Shown: positions 28,956-39,714 of the stretch, in pieces
Numbering within the stretch: position 1 is the stretch's first letter
How the letters are laid out: each line of letters opens with the position of its first letter
DNA from: Alphaproteobacteria bacterium
Lineage (GTDB): Bacteria; Pseudomonadota; Alphaproteobacteria; SHVW01
NCBI GenBank assembly: GCA_009694085.1
Contig: SHVW01000004.1
Coordinates: 1 to 56,288, forward strand
DNA: 56,288 nt
Direction: 5' to 3'
The notes under the pieces: model-generated
Told to the model about the DNA's origin: nothing
The model's database searches: none
What the model saw: only the letters and a program-made list of their open reading frames with translations
Translations under genes and position numbers: made by a program

Positions 28956-30179
28956 ATGTCCGCCACGCCCCATCCGATCCGCGTCTTGCTCGCCCAGCGG
29001 GAGTTCCTGGGCCTGTGGTTCGTTGGCGGCATGTCCATGACCATGCGTTGGCTGGAGATGCTGGCGACCAGCATCTATGTCTACGACCTCTCCGGCTCGG
29101 CACTACAGGTCGCGCTGATGAACTTTGTTCGCATGGCCCCCATGTTGCTGGCCGGAAGCTGGATCGGCGCCATGGCGGAGCGGCACGACCGGCGCCGTAT
29201 CATGATACTGGGACTGGCGTCCTCTGCGGTGTCCGCCGCGGTGTTGGGCGTCTTAGCCATGACCGATCGGATCGAACTCTGGCATATCGCGCTTGGCGCC
29301 TTCATCGGCGGGCTCCATTGGGCTGGCGACATGCCGGTTCGGCGCACCATACTTGGCGAGATCGCCGGCACCGAATTCGTCGGCACTGCCATGAGCCTGG
29401 ACGCCGCCACCGGCAATCTGACCCGGGTAATCGGCCCATTGCTGGGCGGCGCCCTCTATCAGCTCGTCGGGCTGCACGGCGCCTTCTTCGCCGGCGCCTT
29501 GATTCATGGCGCCTCCCTGCTGGCCGTCCTGCCGCTGATCTCGCGCCCCGGCCCGCACGCCGGCGAGGGCGATGCGGCCCGGCCCGGTGTCATCGCCAGC
29601 ATGATCGAAGGCATCCGTCTGTCCATCGCCGACCGGGCGCTGCTTGGTGCTATGGGGGTGACCCTGCTGATGAACATGCTGGCCTTTCCCTACCAATCCA
29701 TGATCCCGGTGATAGGTCGGAACGATTTGGCTCTCGATCCCGTGCCGATCGGCCTGCTCGTGGCGGCAGAGGGTGTCGGCGCCTTTATCGGCTCTGTCCT
29801 GATCGCGCGCTACATCCGGCCGACAGGCTATATGCGGCTCTACGTGTTCAGCGCCGCCATCGTGTTTGTCGCGGCCCTGCTGTTCGCTTTGTCGCGTCAG
29901 TTCGAAACGTCGATCATGCTGCTCGCGGTTTCCGGTTTTGGCGTTGCCGGCTTTTCCTCCATGCAGAGTGCACTCGTGCTCAGCCTGGCGCCGGCCCATC
30001 TGCGCGTGCGCGCCATGGGATCGCTTGCCATGTGCATCGGCGCCCAGCCGCTGGGCATAATTTATATCGGTATGCTCGCCGAGGCTTTGGGTACGCCCGG
30101 CGCAATCATCGCCATGGAGATCCAGGGATTGATCGCCATGGCAATCCTGGTCTGGGCACTACCGCCGCTCAGGCGGTGA
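28956..30179 (+). CDS. MFS transporter
   Basis: 407 aa hydrophobic; G..AER.DRRR motif A, D.P.RR, R..GP..GG, R.RAMG. Confidence 0.9.
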   Translation: MSATPHPIRVLLAQREFLGLWFVGGMSMTMRWLEMLATSIYVYDLSGSALQVALMNFVRMAPMLLAGSWIGAMAERHDRRRIMILGLASSAVSAAVLGVLAMTDRIELWHIALGAFIGGLHWAGDMPVRRTILGEIAGTEFVGTAMSLDAATGNLTRVIGPLLGGALYQLVGLHGAFFAGALIHGASLLAVLPLISRPGPHAGEGDAARPGVIASMIEGIRLSIADRALLGAMGVTLLMNMLAFPYQSMIPVIGRNDLALDPVPIGLLVAAEGVGAFIGSVLIARYIRPTGYMRLYVFSAAIVFVAALLFALSRQFETSIMLLAVSGFGVAGFSSMQSALVLSLAPAHLRVRAMGSLAMCIGAQPLGIIYIGMLAEALGTPGAIIAMEIQGLIAMAILVWALPPLRR

Positions 30180-31113
30180 GCGCCGGCTTGCGCCCCATGG
30201 CCGCGAGGCGACGGTTTAAGCGGTCGATCAGACGATCCAGTTCGGCGCGATCCTCAACGCCCAGCGACGAGCCCGGCACCCTCTGACGCGAACTGGCGAT
30301 GGCGCCGCGCCGCCACAACACCTCTTTGCGCAACGCCAACCCGATCGCCGGCTGCTGCTCGTGACGTACCAGAGGCAGGTAGGCGTCGAACATATCTTCC
30401 GCACCGTCGGAATCGCCCCGCCCGAAACGATCGCAGACCTCGACCAGCATTTCCGGCCAGGCGAAGCCGGTCATAGCACCATCGGCGCCGCGCGCCAGTT
30501 CCTGCGGCAGATAGAGCCCGCCATTGCCGGTCAGAATGCTGAACCGTCGGCGATCGTCGCGACGCGCATCGGCGCGCACGCGGCTGAGCTTGGCCAGGCC
30601 CGGGCAATCCTCGTGCTTGAGCATGACGAGCTGAGGAAAAGCGTCGACCAGCCTATTGAACACGGACACCGGCATGTAAACCTGGGTTGCCTGGGGATAA
30701 TCCTGAAGCACCACCGGCACGTGAGACCCGAGTGCGGCAAAAACCTGTTCGAAATAGGCGAAGAAGCCGTCATCGCCTCTGAGACCCGGCGTCGGTGCCA
30801 CCATGACGCCGGCCGCGCCCGCTGCCATCGATTCCTGTGCCAGCGCCTTGAGCGCGGCCAGACCCGGGCTGCTGACGCCGACCACAACAGGAACCCGGCC
30901 AGCGCGGGCAATGAAGCGACGAACGAGAGCTGTAGATTCCTCGCCCGTCAGCTTGGGCGCTTCGCCCATCATGCCGAGGATGGTGATGCCCGTAACGCCG
31001 TGACTAAGATAGAAGTCGACCAAGCGGTCGACACCATCCAGATCGAGAGCGCCATCGTCGCGGAAGGGCGTGGCGGCGATGATATAGACGCCTTTGGCGG
31101 CCTCAGTGAGCAT
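30169..31113 (-). CDS. Dihydrodipicolinate synthase family protein (not canonical DapA)
   Basis: TPF...G.LD, GMMGE, QDYP, Schiff-base Lys in KHED, GADGAMTG. Confidence 0.88.
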   Translation of the reverse strand: MLTEAAKGVYIIAATPFRDDGALDLDGVDRLVDFYLSHGVTGITILGMMGEAPKLTGEESTALVRRFIARAGRVPVVVGVSSPGLAALKALAQESMAAGAAGVMVAPTPGLRGDDGFFAYFEQVFAALGSHVPVVLQDYPQATQVYMPVSVFNRLVDAFPQLVMLKHEDCPGLAKLSRVRADARRDDRRRFSILTGNGGLYLPQELARGADGAMTGFAWPEMLVEVCDRFGRGDSDGAEDMFDAYLPLVRHEQQPAIGLALRKEVLWRRGAIASSRQRVPGSSLGVEDRAELDRLIDRLNRRLAAMGRKPALTA

Positions 31114-31215
31114 GGCAACCCTCGTTCCCGGGATCGGGCGACTCTACACCAAGGCCGATAGCCGCCGGCAACCCGGATTTGCTTCCGCCCCAGGGCCGGC
31201 TATTCTGCCCCAGCC

Positions 31216-32415
31216 ATGGATTTCGATCTGCCCGCCCATCTGAACGAAGTGCGCGAAAGCGTCGAGCGGTTCGCCGCGACCGAGATCGAGCCGGCCATTG
31301 CCGAGGTCGAGCGCGCCGGCATTTTTCCGCGCGACATCGTGCGAAAAATGGGCGAGGCCGGTTTCTTCGGCGCGGTCTTCCCCGAATCGGTCGGCGGATC
31401 GGCCATGGGCTTTCTGGCCGTCGCCGTGATCGCCGAGGAAATCTCGCGCCTCCGACCCGAGTTCGGCTACTGCATGAATTTGCAGGCCATGACCTGCCCC
31501 TTCACCATCCTCAACTGGGGCAACCCGTCACAGATCGAGCGCTTTGTGCCCGATCTGATCGGAGGCCGGCGCATCGGCATGTTCGCGCTCAGCGAATCCG
31601 GCGGCGGTTCGGATGCAGCGGGGTCGATGAAGACCCGGGCCGAACGGCGCGGCGACCGCTATATCCTCAACGGCTCCAAGATGTGGATCACCTTTGCCGA
31701 TGCCTGCGATGCCGGCGTGATCTTCGCCAAGACCGATCCGGCTGCCGGTCATCGCGGCGTTACCGCCTTCATCATCGAGCCGAAGATATCCAAGGGCTAT
31801 TCGGCTAAGCCGATTCCGATGAAGTCGCTGTCCAACGTGTTGCGGAGCAACGCGGTCTTTCTAGACGACGTTGAAATCCCGGTGGAGAACCGCCTGGGCG
31901 AGGAAGGCGAGGGCTTCAAAATCGCCATGAACGCACTGGATTACGGCCGCCTGACCGTGTCGGCGCGCCTGGTTGGGTTGGCTCAAGCTTGCCTCGACGC
32001 TTCGATCGCCTATGCCCGGGCACGCACGGTCGGCGGCCATGCCCTCGGTCGCTATCAGATGATCCAGCATTTGATTGCGGACATGACCGTCAATGTCGAA
32101 GCCGCCCGCCTGATGACCTGTCGCATGGCGTGCCTGATGGACCGGGGCGAGCCGGCGACGCGGGCGGCCTCGCGCGCCAAATATCTCGCCGCCCAGGCCG
32201 CGCGCCATGCCGCCCTAGCGGTTGCCGAAATCCATGGCGGCTATGCGCTGGCCGACGAATACCGCGTGCAGTACCTGACCGCCTATATCAACATGCTGAA
32301 TGTTGGCGAGGGCGCCGCCAATGTGCAGCGCATCCTGATCGCGGAGGATGCGCTGGGCTACAAGAATGCCAACCGCCATCGCGTGCGCCGCCACGACGCC
32401 AAAGCCGCGGAATGA
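31216..32415 (+). CDS. Acyl-CoA dehydrogenase family protein
   Basis: ALSE..GGSD, NGSKMWIT, LGEEGEGFK, YQMIQ, GGY, GEGAANVQR. Confidence 0.93.
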   Translation: MDFDLPAHLNEVRESVERFAATEIEPAIAEVERAGIFPRDIVRKMGEAGFFGAVFPESVGGSAMGFLAVAVIAEEISRLRPEFGYCMNLQAMTCPFTILNWGNPSQIERFVPDLIGGRRIGMFALSESGGGSDAAGSMKTRAERRGDRYILNGSKMWITFADACDAGVIFAKTDPAAGHRGVTAFIIEPKISKGYSAKPIPMKSLSNVLRSNAVFLDDVEIPVENRLGEEGEGFKIAMNALDYGRLTVSARLVGLAQACLDASIAYARARTVGGHALGRYQMIQHLIADMTVNVEAARLMTCRMACLMDRGEPATRAASRAKYLAAQAARHAALAVAEIHGGYALADEYRVQYLTAYINMLNVGEGAANVQRILIAEDALGYKNANRHRVRRHDAKAAE

Positions 32416-32440
32416 CCGCCCGATCAATCGAGGAATCCCC

Positions 32441-34153
32441 ATGAGCACGGACGAACCGACCGGCCTCAAGCGCGGCCTGACCAATTACGGCGATTTCGAT
32501 TTCTCGCTCTATCTGCGTCGTTCCTTCGCCGGCTCGATGGGCTATTCCAAGGCCATGCTGGAGCGCCCGGTGATCGGCATCGCCAATTCGGCGAGCGGGC
32601 TGAACAATTGCCATCGCCATTTCCCCGAACTAATCGAGGCGGTCAAGCGCGGGGTGCTGGCGGCCGGCGGCTTGCCGCTCGACTTCCCCACAATATCGCT
32701 GGGCGAGGTTTATTTGAGTCCGACCAGCATGATGTATCGCAACCTCATGGCGATCGACACGGAGGAAATGGTGCGCGCCCAACCGCTCGACGCGGTGGTG
32801 CTAGTCGGCGGTTGCGACAAAACCGTGCCGGCCCAGCTCATGGGCGCAGTATCCGCCAATGTCCCGGCGGTCCAGCTCTTGGCCGGACCGATGATGGCCA
32901 TGCGCTTCGAGGGCGAGCGGCTCGGCGCCTGCACCGATTGCCGGCGTTTCTGGGGCCAGTACCGCGCCGGCACCATCGACAAGCCGCGCATCCAGTCGAT
33001 CGAAGGCAATCTGGCCGTCACCGCCGGCACCTGCGCCGTCATGGGCACGGCCAGCACCATGGCCTGCATCGCCGAAACCCTGGGCATGGCGCTGCCGGGC
33101 AGTGCCGCCATCCCCGCCGTTCATGCCGACCGGCTACGCGCAGCCGAAGCCTCGGGCGCGCTCGCCATGCAATTGGCGCGCACGAAGTTAACGCCCGATC
33201 GCATCGTCACGGAGAAATCGGTCGAGAACGCGCTGCGCATGCTGCTGGCTGTGGGCGGCTCGACCAATGCCATCATCCACCTGACCGCCATCGCCGGCCG
33301 GCGCGGCATCGATATCTCGCTGAAGCGGCTCAACGAACTCAGCGACAGCACGCCGGTTTTGGTCGATCTCAAACCGACCGGCCAGTTCTATATGGAGGAT
33401 TTCCACGCTGCCGGCGGCGTCGGCGCCGTGCTGCGCGAGTTGAAGCCCCTGCTCCATCTGGATTGCATGTCCGTGACCGGCGAGACCCTGGGCGAGCGGT
33501 TGGCACGCCCTGCGGGTTACGTCGATCGCAACGTCATCCGGTCTCACGGCGAACCCTTCCTGCCCTATGGCGGCTTGGTCGCACTGTTCGGCTCGCTGGC
33601 GCCCGACGGCGCCATCCTCAAGCGCTCCGCCGCCAATCCCAAGCTGTTCGAAACCGAGGGCCGCGCCGTCGTTTTCTCCTCGCTGGAAGATCTATCCCAA
33701 CGGATCGACGATCCCAATCTTGACGTTACGCCGCAGGATTTCATGGTCCTGCAAAACGCCGGCCCCAAAAGCGGCTCGGGCATGCCCGAGGCGGGCTATC
33801 TGCCGATCCCGAGCAAACTGGCACGCGCCGGGCTCAAGGATATGGTGCGCATTTCCGATGCCCGCATGAGCGGCACGGCGTTCGGTACGATCGTGCTTCA
33901 TGTGGCGCCCGAGGCGGCGACGGGCGGGCCGCTCGGCCTGGTTCGCAACGGCGACCGCATCAGGCTCAGCGTACGCGACCGTCGTATCGATCTGCTGGTT
34001 GCCGAGGATGAGTTGGGCCGCCGCCGCGCCACCCTACCACCGCGCCCACCGGGGCCGGCGCGCGGCTATCGCAAGCTCTATGACGATCATGTCTTACAGG
34101 CCGACAAGGGCTGCGATTTCGATTTCCTTAGGGCTACGCGGGGTATTTTTTGA
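32441..34153 (+). CDS. IlvD/Edd family dehydratase
   Basis: Start moved to ATG 32441; NNCH, GCDKT.P, GTC..MGTASTM, GGSTN, GMPE, SDARMSGT..G...LH..PE. Confidence 0.92.
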   Translation: MSTDEPTGLKRGLTNYGDFDFSLYLRRSFAGSMGYSKAMLERPVIGIANSASGLNNCHRHFPELIEAVKRGVLAAGGLPLDFPTISLGEVYLSPTSMMYRNLMAIDTEEMVRAQPLDAVVLVGGCDKTVPAQLMGAVSANVPAVQLLAGPMMAMRFEGERLGACTDCRRFWGQYRAGTIDKPRIQSIEGNLAVTAGTCAVMGTASTMACIAETLGMALPGSAAIPAVHADRLRAAEASGALAMQLARTKLTPDRIVTEKSVENALRMLLAVGGSTNAIIHLTAIAGRRGIDISLKRLNELSDSTPVLVDLKPTGQFYMEDFHAAGGVGAVLRELKPLLHLDCMSVTGETLGERLARPAGYVDRNVIRSHGEPFLPYGGLVALFGSLAPDGAILKRSAANPKLFETEGRAVVFSSLEDLSQRIDDPNLDVTPQDFMVLQNAGPKSGSGMPEAGYLPIPSKLARAGLKDMVRISDARMSGTAFGTIVLHVAPEAATGGPLGLVRNGDRIRLSVRDRRIDLLVAEDELGRRRATLPPRPPGPARGYRKLYDDHVLQADKGCDFDFLRATRGIF

Positions 34154-34273
34154 TTCCCCTTGCCGGGCCGGGCTTGCTAGGCTGGCTCGGTCCGAGGCGC
34201 GGAAATGGCAATAAACCACGCGCCTATCCAGACGGAGCGGCGGCATGACCGCCGCATACAGGAGGCTGACACC

Positions 34274-35866
34274 ATGACCCATCCGATCCGAGTTCTGCTC
34301 GGCGCTACGGCGATTGCCGCGGTGCTGGCGGCGGGCGCTCCCGCCGCGCTTGCTCAATCATCGGGCAAGACTCTGAAATTCATCCCGCAGGCCGATCTGC
34401 GCATTCTCGATCCGATTTTCACCACCGCCTACATCACGCGCAACCACGGCTATATGGTCTATGACACGCTGCTGGCGGTGGATGCCCAGTTCAACATCAA
34501 GCCGCAGATGGCCGATAGCTGGACTGTCAGCGCCGACAAGCTGACCTACACCTTCACGCTCCGCGACGGCCTGAAGTTCCACGACGGCCAGGCCGTGCGA
34601 CCGGCCGACGTGATCGCGTCGATCAAGCGCTGGGGCGCTCGCGACGTCATCGGCCAGACCCTGATCGAGCGCACGGCGTCGATGGAGGCGATCGATGCCA
34701 AGAGCTTCAAGATCGTGCTCAAGCAGACTTTTGCACTGACTCTGGAAGCGCTGGCGAAGCCATCGAGCAACACGCCTTTCATTATGCCCGAGCGGATCGC
34801 CAACACGAGCCCGAACGAGCAGATTAAGGACGCGACGGGGTCGGGCCCCTTCAAATTCGTCGCCAATGAGTGGGTTCCGGGCAACAAGGTGGTCTACGTC
34901 AAGAACACGGACTACGTGCCGCGCAAGGAACCGCCGAGCTGGGCGTCGGGCGGCAAGGTTGCCAAGGTCGACCGGGTCGAATGGCTCTACATTCCGGATA
35001 CCGCGACCGCAGCCGCAGCGATCGACAAGGGCGAAGTGGATTGGTGGGAACAGGTTCCAGTCGATCTCGTGCCCCTGCTAAACAAGAACAAGGACATCAA
35101 GGTCGAGAACATCGACCCCTTGGGATCGCTCGGCATAATCCGTTTCAACCACACGCTGCCGCCCTTCGACAATGTGAAGATGCGTCAGGCGCTGCTTCAT
35201 GTCGTGGACCAAAACGACTACATGCTGGCCATTGCCGGCGACGCCAAGAACGGCAAGGTCTGCGCCAGCTACTTCACCTGCGGCACGCCGATGGCGAGCG
35301 ATGTCGACACCCAGATCATCCTGGGCAAGCGCGACATGGACAAGGCCAAGGCCCTGATCCGGGAGGCCGGCTACAAGGGCGAGAAGATCATCATCCTGTC
35401 GGCGACCGATCAGCCCATCGTCCATGCCCAGGGCCTGCTAACGGCCGAGTTGCTGCGCAAGCTCGGCCTCAACGTCGAGCTGGCGGCGAGCGATTGGGGC
35501 ACCCTGATCACCCGCCGCTCGTCAAAGGAAACGCTCGACAAAGGCGGCTGGAGCATTTTCCACACCTGGTGGGTCGGCCCCGATCTGGCCAGCCCGGCAC
35601 AGAATGCCGCGCTGCGCGGCAATGGTGGTGCCGCCTGGTTCGGTTGGCCGACCGATCCCGAGATGGAAAAGATGCGCGGTGCCTGGTTCGACGCGCCCGA
35701 CATCGAGGCCCAGAAGAAGATCGCGGCCGACATGCAGAAGCGCGCCTACCAGACCGTACCGTATATCCCAACCGCGCAGTTCATCCTGCCGACCGCGTTC
35801 CGCAAGAACATCGAGGGCATCATCGTCGCCCCCGTCGCCTTCCTGTGGAACATCGAAAAGAAATAA
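34274..35866 (+). CDS. ABC transporter substrate-binding protein, family 5
   Basis: Start moved to ATG 34274 (RBS GGAGG); signal peptide, LDP, YDTL, FTLRDGLKFHDG, GSGPF, PPFDN...RQA. Confidence 0.93.
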   Translation: MTHPIRVLLGATAIAAVLAAGAPAALAQSSGKTLKFIPQADLRILDPIFTTAYITRNHGYMVYDTLLAVDAQFNIKPQMADSWTVSADKLTYTFTLRDGLKFHDGQAVRPADVIASIKRWGARDVIGQTLIERTASMEAIDAKSFKIVLKQTFALTLEALAKPSSNTPFIMPERIANTSPNEQIKDATGSGPFKFVANEWVPGNKVVYVKNTDYVPRKEPPSWASGGKVAKVDRVEWLYIPDTATAAAAIDKGEVDWWEQVPVDLVPLLNKNKDIKVENIDPLGSLGIIRFNHTLPPFDNVKMRQALLHVVDQNDYMLAIAGDAKNGKVCASYFTCGTPMASDVDTQIILGKRDMDKAKALIREAGYKGEKIIILSATDQPIVHAQGLLTAELLRKLGLNVELAASDWGTLITRRSSKETLDKGGWSIFHTWWVGPDLASPAQNAALRGNGGAAWFGWPTDPEMEKMRGAWFDAPDIEAQKKIAADMQKRAYQTVPYIPTAQFILPTAFRKNIEGIIVAPVAFLWNIEKK

Positions 35867-35888
35867 GGACGCAGCGCCGGGCGAAATC

Positions 35889-36830
35889 ATGTTCGCCTAT
35901 CTCGTCCGGCGGATTTTGGCGACCATCCCCGTCATGGGGGTGGTCGCCCTTTTCGTTTTCTCACTGCTCTATCTCACGCCAGGCGACCCCGCGATCATCA
36001 TCGCGGGCGATCTCGCGACCGAAGAGGACGTCGCGCGCATCCGCGCCAAGCTGGGCCTCGATGAACCTTTTCATGTCCAGTTCTTGTCCTGGCTGTGGGG
36101 CGTGCTCCACGGCGACCTCGGCATCTCGATCTTCACCAATTTGCCGGTCACCCGCCTGATCGGCCAACGGGTCGAGCCGACCCTGATGCTGTCCCTGTCC
36201 ACCCTGATCGTGACCGTGGCCCTGGCCGTGCCCATGGGCGTGGTCGCGGCCTGGAAGGTCGGCACCTGGATCGACCGGCTGGTCATGGCCTTCGCCGTCG
36301 CCGGGTTTTCCGTGCCGGTCTTCGTGGCGGCCTATCTCCTGGTCATGGTGTTTTCCCAAGCGCTGGAATGGCTGCCGGTCCAGGGCTACAAGAGCTACAC
36401 CGAAGGCATCGGCACGATGCTGGAGCATCTGGTCCTGCCCTCCCTCGCGCTCGGCATGGTCTACATGGCGCTGATCGCACGCATCACGCGCGCAAGCATG
36501 CTGGAGGTGCTGAGCCAGGACTATATCCGCACCGCCCACGCCAAGGGCCTGGCCGCCGACCAGGTGCTGATCGGGCACGCGCTCAAGAACGCGGCGGTGC
36601 CGATCGTTACCGTGATCGGCATCGGCATCGCGCTGCTGATCAGCGGCGTGGTCGTGACCGAAACCGTGTTCGCCATTCCCGGCATCGGCCGCCTGACCGT
36701 GGACGCCATCCTGCGCCGCGACTATCCCGTCATCCAAGGGGTCGTTCTGTTGTTCTCGCTGGTTTACGTGGTGATCAATCTGCTGGTCGATATCAGCTAC
36801 ACCTTCTTCGATCCGCGTATCCGATACTGA
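35889..36830 (+). CDS. ABC permease (DppB type)
   Basis: Start moved to ATG 35889; PGDPA, DYIRTA.AKGL, HALKNA, RDYP..QG, DPRIRY. Confidence 0.95.
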   Translation: MFAYLVRRILATIPVMGVVALFVFSLLYLTPGDPAIIIAGDLATEEDVARIRAKLGLDEPFHVQFLSWLWGVLHGDLGISIFTNLPVTRLIGQRVEPTLMLSLSTLIVTVALAVPMGVVAAWKVGTWIDRLVMAFAVAGFSVPVFVAAYLLVMVFSQALEWLPVQGYKSYTEGIGTMLEHLVLPSLALGMVYMALIARITRASMLEVLSQDYIRTAHAKGLAADQVLIGHALKNAAVPIVTVIGIGIALLISGVVVTETVFAIPGIGRLTVDAILRRDYPVIQGVVLLFSLVYVVINLLVDISYTFFDPRIRY

Positions 36831-36831
36831 T

Positions 36832-37713
36832 ATGACCGCGACGGACGCCGATACCTCTCTCCCCGCACCGCAGACCCGGCTCGCTCAGTTCTGGACGTTC
36901 CTGCGCCGGTACCCGACGGTGGCAATCGGCGGAACGCTCCTGTTGCTGATCATCTTGATGGCCGTCTTTGCACCTTGGCTCGGCACATACGATCCCCAGG
37001 CCTTGTCGCCGGCACGCCGGCTGCGCAAACCCTCGGAGACCTATTGGTTCGGCACAGACATGCTCGGTCGCGACATTTATAGCCGGGTAGTTTACGGCGC
37101 CCGCATCTCGCTGGCGGTCGGCCTGAGCGTCGCCATCTTGAGCACGCTCGTCGGCTTGGCGTTGGGCCTGATCACCGGCTTTGTCCGCCTGGCCGACAGC
37201 ATCATCATGCGCATCATGGACGGGCTGATGTCGATTCCACCGATTCTGCTGGCGATCGCGTTGATGGCGCTGACCAAGGCAAGCGTGCAGAATGTCATCC
37301 TCGCCATCACCATCGCCGAGGTGCCGCGCGTGACGCGGTTGGTGCGCAGTCTGGTGCTCGGCCTGCGCGAGCAACCTTTCGTGGAGGCCGCCGAGGCTTC
37401 CGGCACCAACCTCATCAACACCATGATCCGCCATATCCTACCCAACACGCTGGCGCCGCTCCTGGTACAGGGCACTTACATTTGCGCCTCCGCGATGATC
37501 ACGGAAGCCATTTTGAGCTTTATCGGCGCGGGCACGCCGCCCAACATTCCGAGCTGGGGCAATGTCATCGCCGAGGGTCGCGGCGTCTTTCAAATCGCCT
37601 ACTACATCATCCTGTTCCCCGGCATTTTTCTGTCCCTGACCGTGCTGGCGGTCAATCTGGTCGGCGATGGCATGCGCGACGCGCTCGACCCGCGCCTCGC
37701 GCGCCGCATGTAG
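36832..37713 (+). CDS. ABC permease (DppC type)
   Basis: FGTD.LGRD..SR..YGAR.SL, FVEAA, HILPN, PSWG, GDG.RDALDPR. Confidence 0.95.
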   Translation: MTATDADTSLPAPQTRLAQFWTFLRRYPTVAIGGTLLLLIILMAVFAPWLGTYDPQALSPARRLRKPSETYWFGTDMLGRDIYSRVVYGARISLAVGLSVAILSTLVGLALGLITGFVRLADSIIMRIMDGLMSIPPILLAIALMALTKASVQNVILAITIAEVPRVTRLVRSLVLGLREQPFVEAAEASGTNLINTMIRHILPNTLAPLLVQGTYICASAMITEAILSFIGAGTPPNIPSWGNVIAEGRGVFQIAYYIILFPGIFLSLTVLAVNLVGDGMRDALDPRLARRM

Positions 37714-37720
37714 GCCGATC

Positions 37721-38712
<992 letters not shown>

Positions 38713-38716
<4 letters not shown>

Positions 38717-39693
38717 CCAACCAGATCGCGTCGGCGCCGCTGCTGGAGGTTGCCGGCCTCAAGAAATATTTTCCCGTGCGCAAGGGGCTGTTTCAGCGCC
38801 GGGTCGGCCAGGTCTATGCGGTCGACGGCATCTCTTTCACGCTGGCGGCGGGCGAAACGCTCGGCCTGGTCGGCGAAAGCGGGTGCGGCAAATCGACCGC
38901 AGGCAAGGCGATCCTGCGCCTGATCGATCCGACCGCCGGCACGGTCAAGCTGCGCGGCCGGCGCATCGACAACCTGAGCCGTCGGGACATGCGTCCATTC
39001 CGGCGCGAAATGCAGGTCGTCTTCCAGGATCCCTATTCCTCGCTCAATCCGCGCCTGTCCGTCGGCGACATCATCGGCGAACCCCTGCGCAATTACGGCA
39101 TCGCCAGCGGCAGCGAACTGGCGGATCGGGTGGCTACCATTCTGGCCAAAGTCGGCCTGCGCGCGGAGCAGATGAACCGTTTTCCCCATGAGTTCTCCGG
39201 CGGCCAGCGCCAGCGCATCGGTATCGCCCGCGCGCTCGCGCTCAATCCCGGCCTGATCGTGTGCGACGAGCCGGTCTCGGCCCTCGACGTCTCGGTCCAA
39301 GCCCAGGTGATCAATCTGCTGATGGATTTGCAGAAGGAATTCGGCCTGTCCTATCTCTTCATCGCCCATGGCTTGGCGGTGGTCGAGCACATCAGCCATC
39401 GCATCGCCGTGATGTACCTGGGCAAGATCGTGGAGTTGACGGATAAGCGCACGCTGTTCGCCGCACCCTTGCACCCCTATACCGAGGCGCTGCTGTCGGC
39501 CGCCCCGGTCCCCGACCCGCGCGCCCGGCGCAAGCGCATCATTCTGGCGGGCGACGTGCCCTCGCCGATCAATCCGCCCGGCGGCTGCCGCTTTCACACG
39601 CGCTGCCCCTATGCTGAGGCACGTTGCCGCACCGAGGAGCCCGCGATCCGCGAGATCAAACCGGGCCATCTCGTCGCCTGCCATCTCCGCTAA
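38713..39693 (+). CDS. ABC ATP-binding protein (DppF type)
   Basis: [33 protein letters not shown]. Confidence 0.95.
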
Positions 39694-39714
39694 CCGAGAT
39701 CGAAGGAGCTTCCT

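Noticed and set aside
30169-30179. Convergent 3' overlaps (MFS/DHDPS 11 nt; pgi/patatin 4 nt at 44737-44740)
   Set aside because: Common in compact bacterial genomes; nothing suggests antisense regulation.
32441-34153. Calling this gene biosynthetic ilvD
   Set aside because: Family motifs do not separate IlvD from sugar-acid dehydratases, and no ilv/leu genes are nearby.
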